64,000 nt of DNA from Takakia lepidozioides (taxonomy: Eukaryota > Plantae > Bryophyta), in NCBI GenBank assembly GCA_030704615.1, contig CM060732.1, positions 12,338,001 to 12,402,000 of the forward strand, read 5' to 3'. Positions 61,781 through 64,000 of this stretch are shown here, piece by piece; positions within the stretch are counted from its first letter, which is position 1; every line of letters begins with the position of its first letter. The notes under the pieces were generated by a model that worked only from the letters and a program-made list of their open reading frames with translations, did not search any database and was not told the DNA's origin. The position numbers and the translations under genes are program-made.

Positions 61781-62314
61781 TACATTACTAAGAAAGGAAA
61801 GAGTATAGCGTCCACAGAAAGCCCAAAGATCAGAAAGGAACTGATCTTAATAGTATTGAGCTACTCCCTGAACTCAGTTGAGCAGAGCTCTGCGTATATC
61901 GTTGTATAATGCACACAGGGAGCCGATTACTCGCCACATGCGACATCTGAGTTATGAGGGCCAAGCCGACGAAGTATTTGGCTTCTCTGACGTCTAGAAG
62001 GAAGTGCATTTTGGTTCATAACCTCATGCTGTTGGGCAAAATTTACCCACAGCAGTAAACAATGCCCTATCCACGTCTCTTCGTTTTGCAATGATTCCTT
62101 CCCTAGGCAGACAGGGATCAGTTCCTGCGCTCCAATTGAAAGGGAATCAGCCTTCCGAAAGAGGGTCCAGTGCGAGAACAGAAATTCATTACGAGAAAGA
62201 AAAAGAAATGAAAAAGAAATGAAATGGTGCTTTATAACGTCCGCGGAAAGCTCGTAGAGCTTATGGGACAAAATGGAAGAAAACATGAGAGAGGAACAAA
62301 TCCAGAAACCACAC

Positions 62315-63450
62315 TTAATGTTCTAGCGATTGTCTAAGGGTGAAGGCCTCGTGTAGGTAGGCTGCCAAGCATTTTTTATCCTCATAGTGAAAGACATCAG
62401 TGAGAGTTTGGGTTCCACTGAATAAACAGTGGAATCTCCCACGGATCTCGTAGTATAGAGGGCAGTAGAAGAAGAAGTGTTCTTCAGTTTCAATTTCCTT
62501 GCTGCGCCCTATGCAAGCTGGACATAGGCGGTCCTCCCGTTGCAGGTTTTCCCATCTGCCAGTCTCTATCCGTAGGTTGTGGGAACCCACCCTGAACCGC
62601 CCCAATGCCCTCAAGAGGGAAGGAGATAAGGGTGCTGAAAGGTAATTTGGTCTCAAGATTCTATCATCGCGGAGCACCAAGAATGTCTCTCGATAGAAGT
62701 GGAGCTTTGTCGTGAGATTGGGTAGCATCCAAGTTCTCTTGACATGTAATTCCATAAGCTCTCTCCGAATGAGTATGTTGCGGTCATGTCTGGATGTGAT
62801 GTCCACCTCATCTGGGTTCATTGGTAATAGGAAAGCAGTAGAAAGTCCTTGAAATAAACTGTCCACTCGAGCATACCAGGAGTTCCTGAAACCTGCAGCT
62901 TTGAGCCTCATAGATGTTGTGAGGGCCCTAGCCACTAGCCCTTTGGGTGGAAGGGCCTGCAATCTATGGAGAAAAATTGTAAGCCTGAAGAGGGCCTCGG
63001 ATTGCAATGGTACACATGCGAACTCTGGACCTAGGATCTGAGATGGAGTTGTGCTCCTGGCGTCAAGCATTGCTTGGAGAAAAGATGACTGTAATGGTTC
63101 CAAATTCTTTTCCCACCAGGAGACAGGGACACCAGGTGCCCAGAACTCACAACCATAGATGGTAGCAGGGCTGACGACGGTGTCAAACAGCCACTTTTTG
63201 GTCGGGGGATGCCGCAGATGTATTTGCTTGCATTTGGCCTGAAGGGGGACGGAGGCCGCCTTACCTTTAGTCAACCTGTCCAAGGCAGTGGCTGCAAAGT
63301 GAAACTTTGGGGAGTGGATAACCAGACCTAAGTACCGGTATGATTTCACAATCTCAATTTCCTGCTGGTTGAAGATGAATCTACGATCAGCCTGGCCATT
63401 GAAGACCATGATCTTGGTCTTGCTAAGATTGACCTGCATCCCATAGTCCC
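62315..63450 (-). mobile_element. 5'-truncated RTEX/RTE-like LINE, RT thumb and C-terminal CCHC region
   Basis: VNLSKTKIMVF, YRYLGL, YGCEFW, RFRVGSHNLRIETGRW, CPAC..ETEEHFFFYC. Confidence 0.85.
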
Positions 63451-64000
63451 ATAGAAAGAAAGAAAATAACGTCCACGGGAAGCTCAAAGAGCGAAAGCAT
63501 CGAGATAATTCTCAGTTTGGAGAGAATGAAGACAGAAAATGTGGATTTTTTTGTCCGCGGGGGACGCATACGGTCCAGTGGCCACTGAACTTAAACAGAG
63601 AGGAGCGATGGCAAATCACACCGTCAAGAAGAGTGTGTCTGAGTGTAGAGTAGGATCTCGCTGGGGCCAAAGGGGAAAATGAGACAACAAAGACCAAATG
63701 AGGCAATTTGATTCACGCCACGGTTTGCAGATTGAAGCAATTCGATGGGGGTCCAACAACTACAATCAAGGTCACCCTCTGTTCTCAGAATACATGAACA
63801 GTAAACTTGGCACTAATTACAACGTGGGAGAGCTGGAAGACCTGGCGAAGGAATGGGAACAGGTGATGATTGATCACCTCGACCCATTGCGCCAACGTCA
63901 ATCCCACACTGCCTTTGGACAAGGAAAGGAAAACGGTGACCTTCAAGTGGAATTTAACATGTGGGTAGGTATCTCTTCCCGATCCTGGAGGTTCTTCTTC

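Overview
Eukaryotic nuclear DNA, most likely from a seed-free land plant (inferred from the intronless PLS-DYW PPR pair and the TE types). Bases 1-33.5 kb are a nested retroelement pile-up. A deleted Ty1/copia sits inside a Ty3/gypsy-type element that encodes a DNMT3-like C5 cytosine methyltransferase; that copy abuts and probably interrupts a LINE RT. A second, recent, near full-length copy (17766-30203, minus strand, AGGC target duplication) interrupts an L1 ORF1. This family has gag-protease-C5 MTase-RT-RNaseH-DDE integrase-PHD but no ordinary LTR pair. Its ends are split direct repeats (B-internal-A-GC-B-A), which is the structure expected if a 2-LTR circle were opened at an internal GACA|GC|TGTC palindrome. 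It also has a non-tRNA PBS-like site complementary to a covarying hairpin loop in the repeat. Host genes: an F-box protein, two divergent PPR-DYW RNA-editing factors with a tandemly decayed DYW tail, and an intronless CDC50/ALIS. Further right are a Dualen-like LINE remnant (chromodomain, PCIF1-like adenine-MTase-like region, RNase H, restriction-like endonuclease), a solo terminal unit of the gypsy family and an RTEX-like LINE 3' end. All domain calls are by motif recognition; no searches were run.
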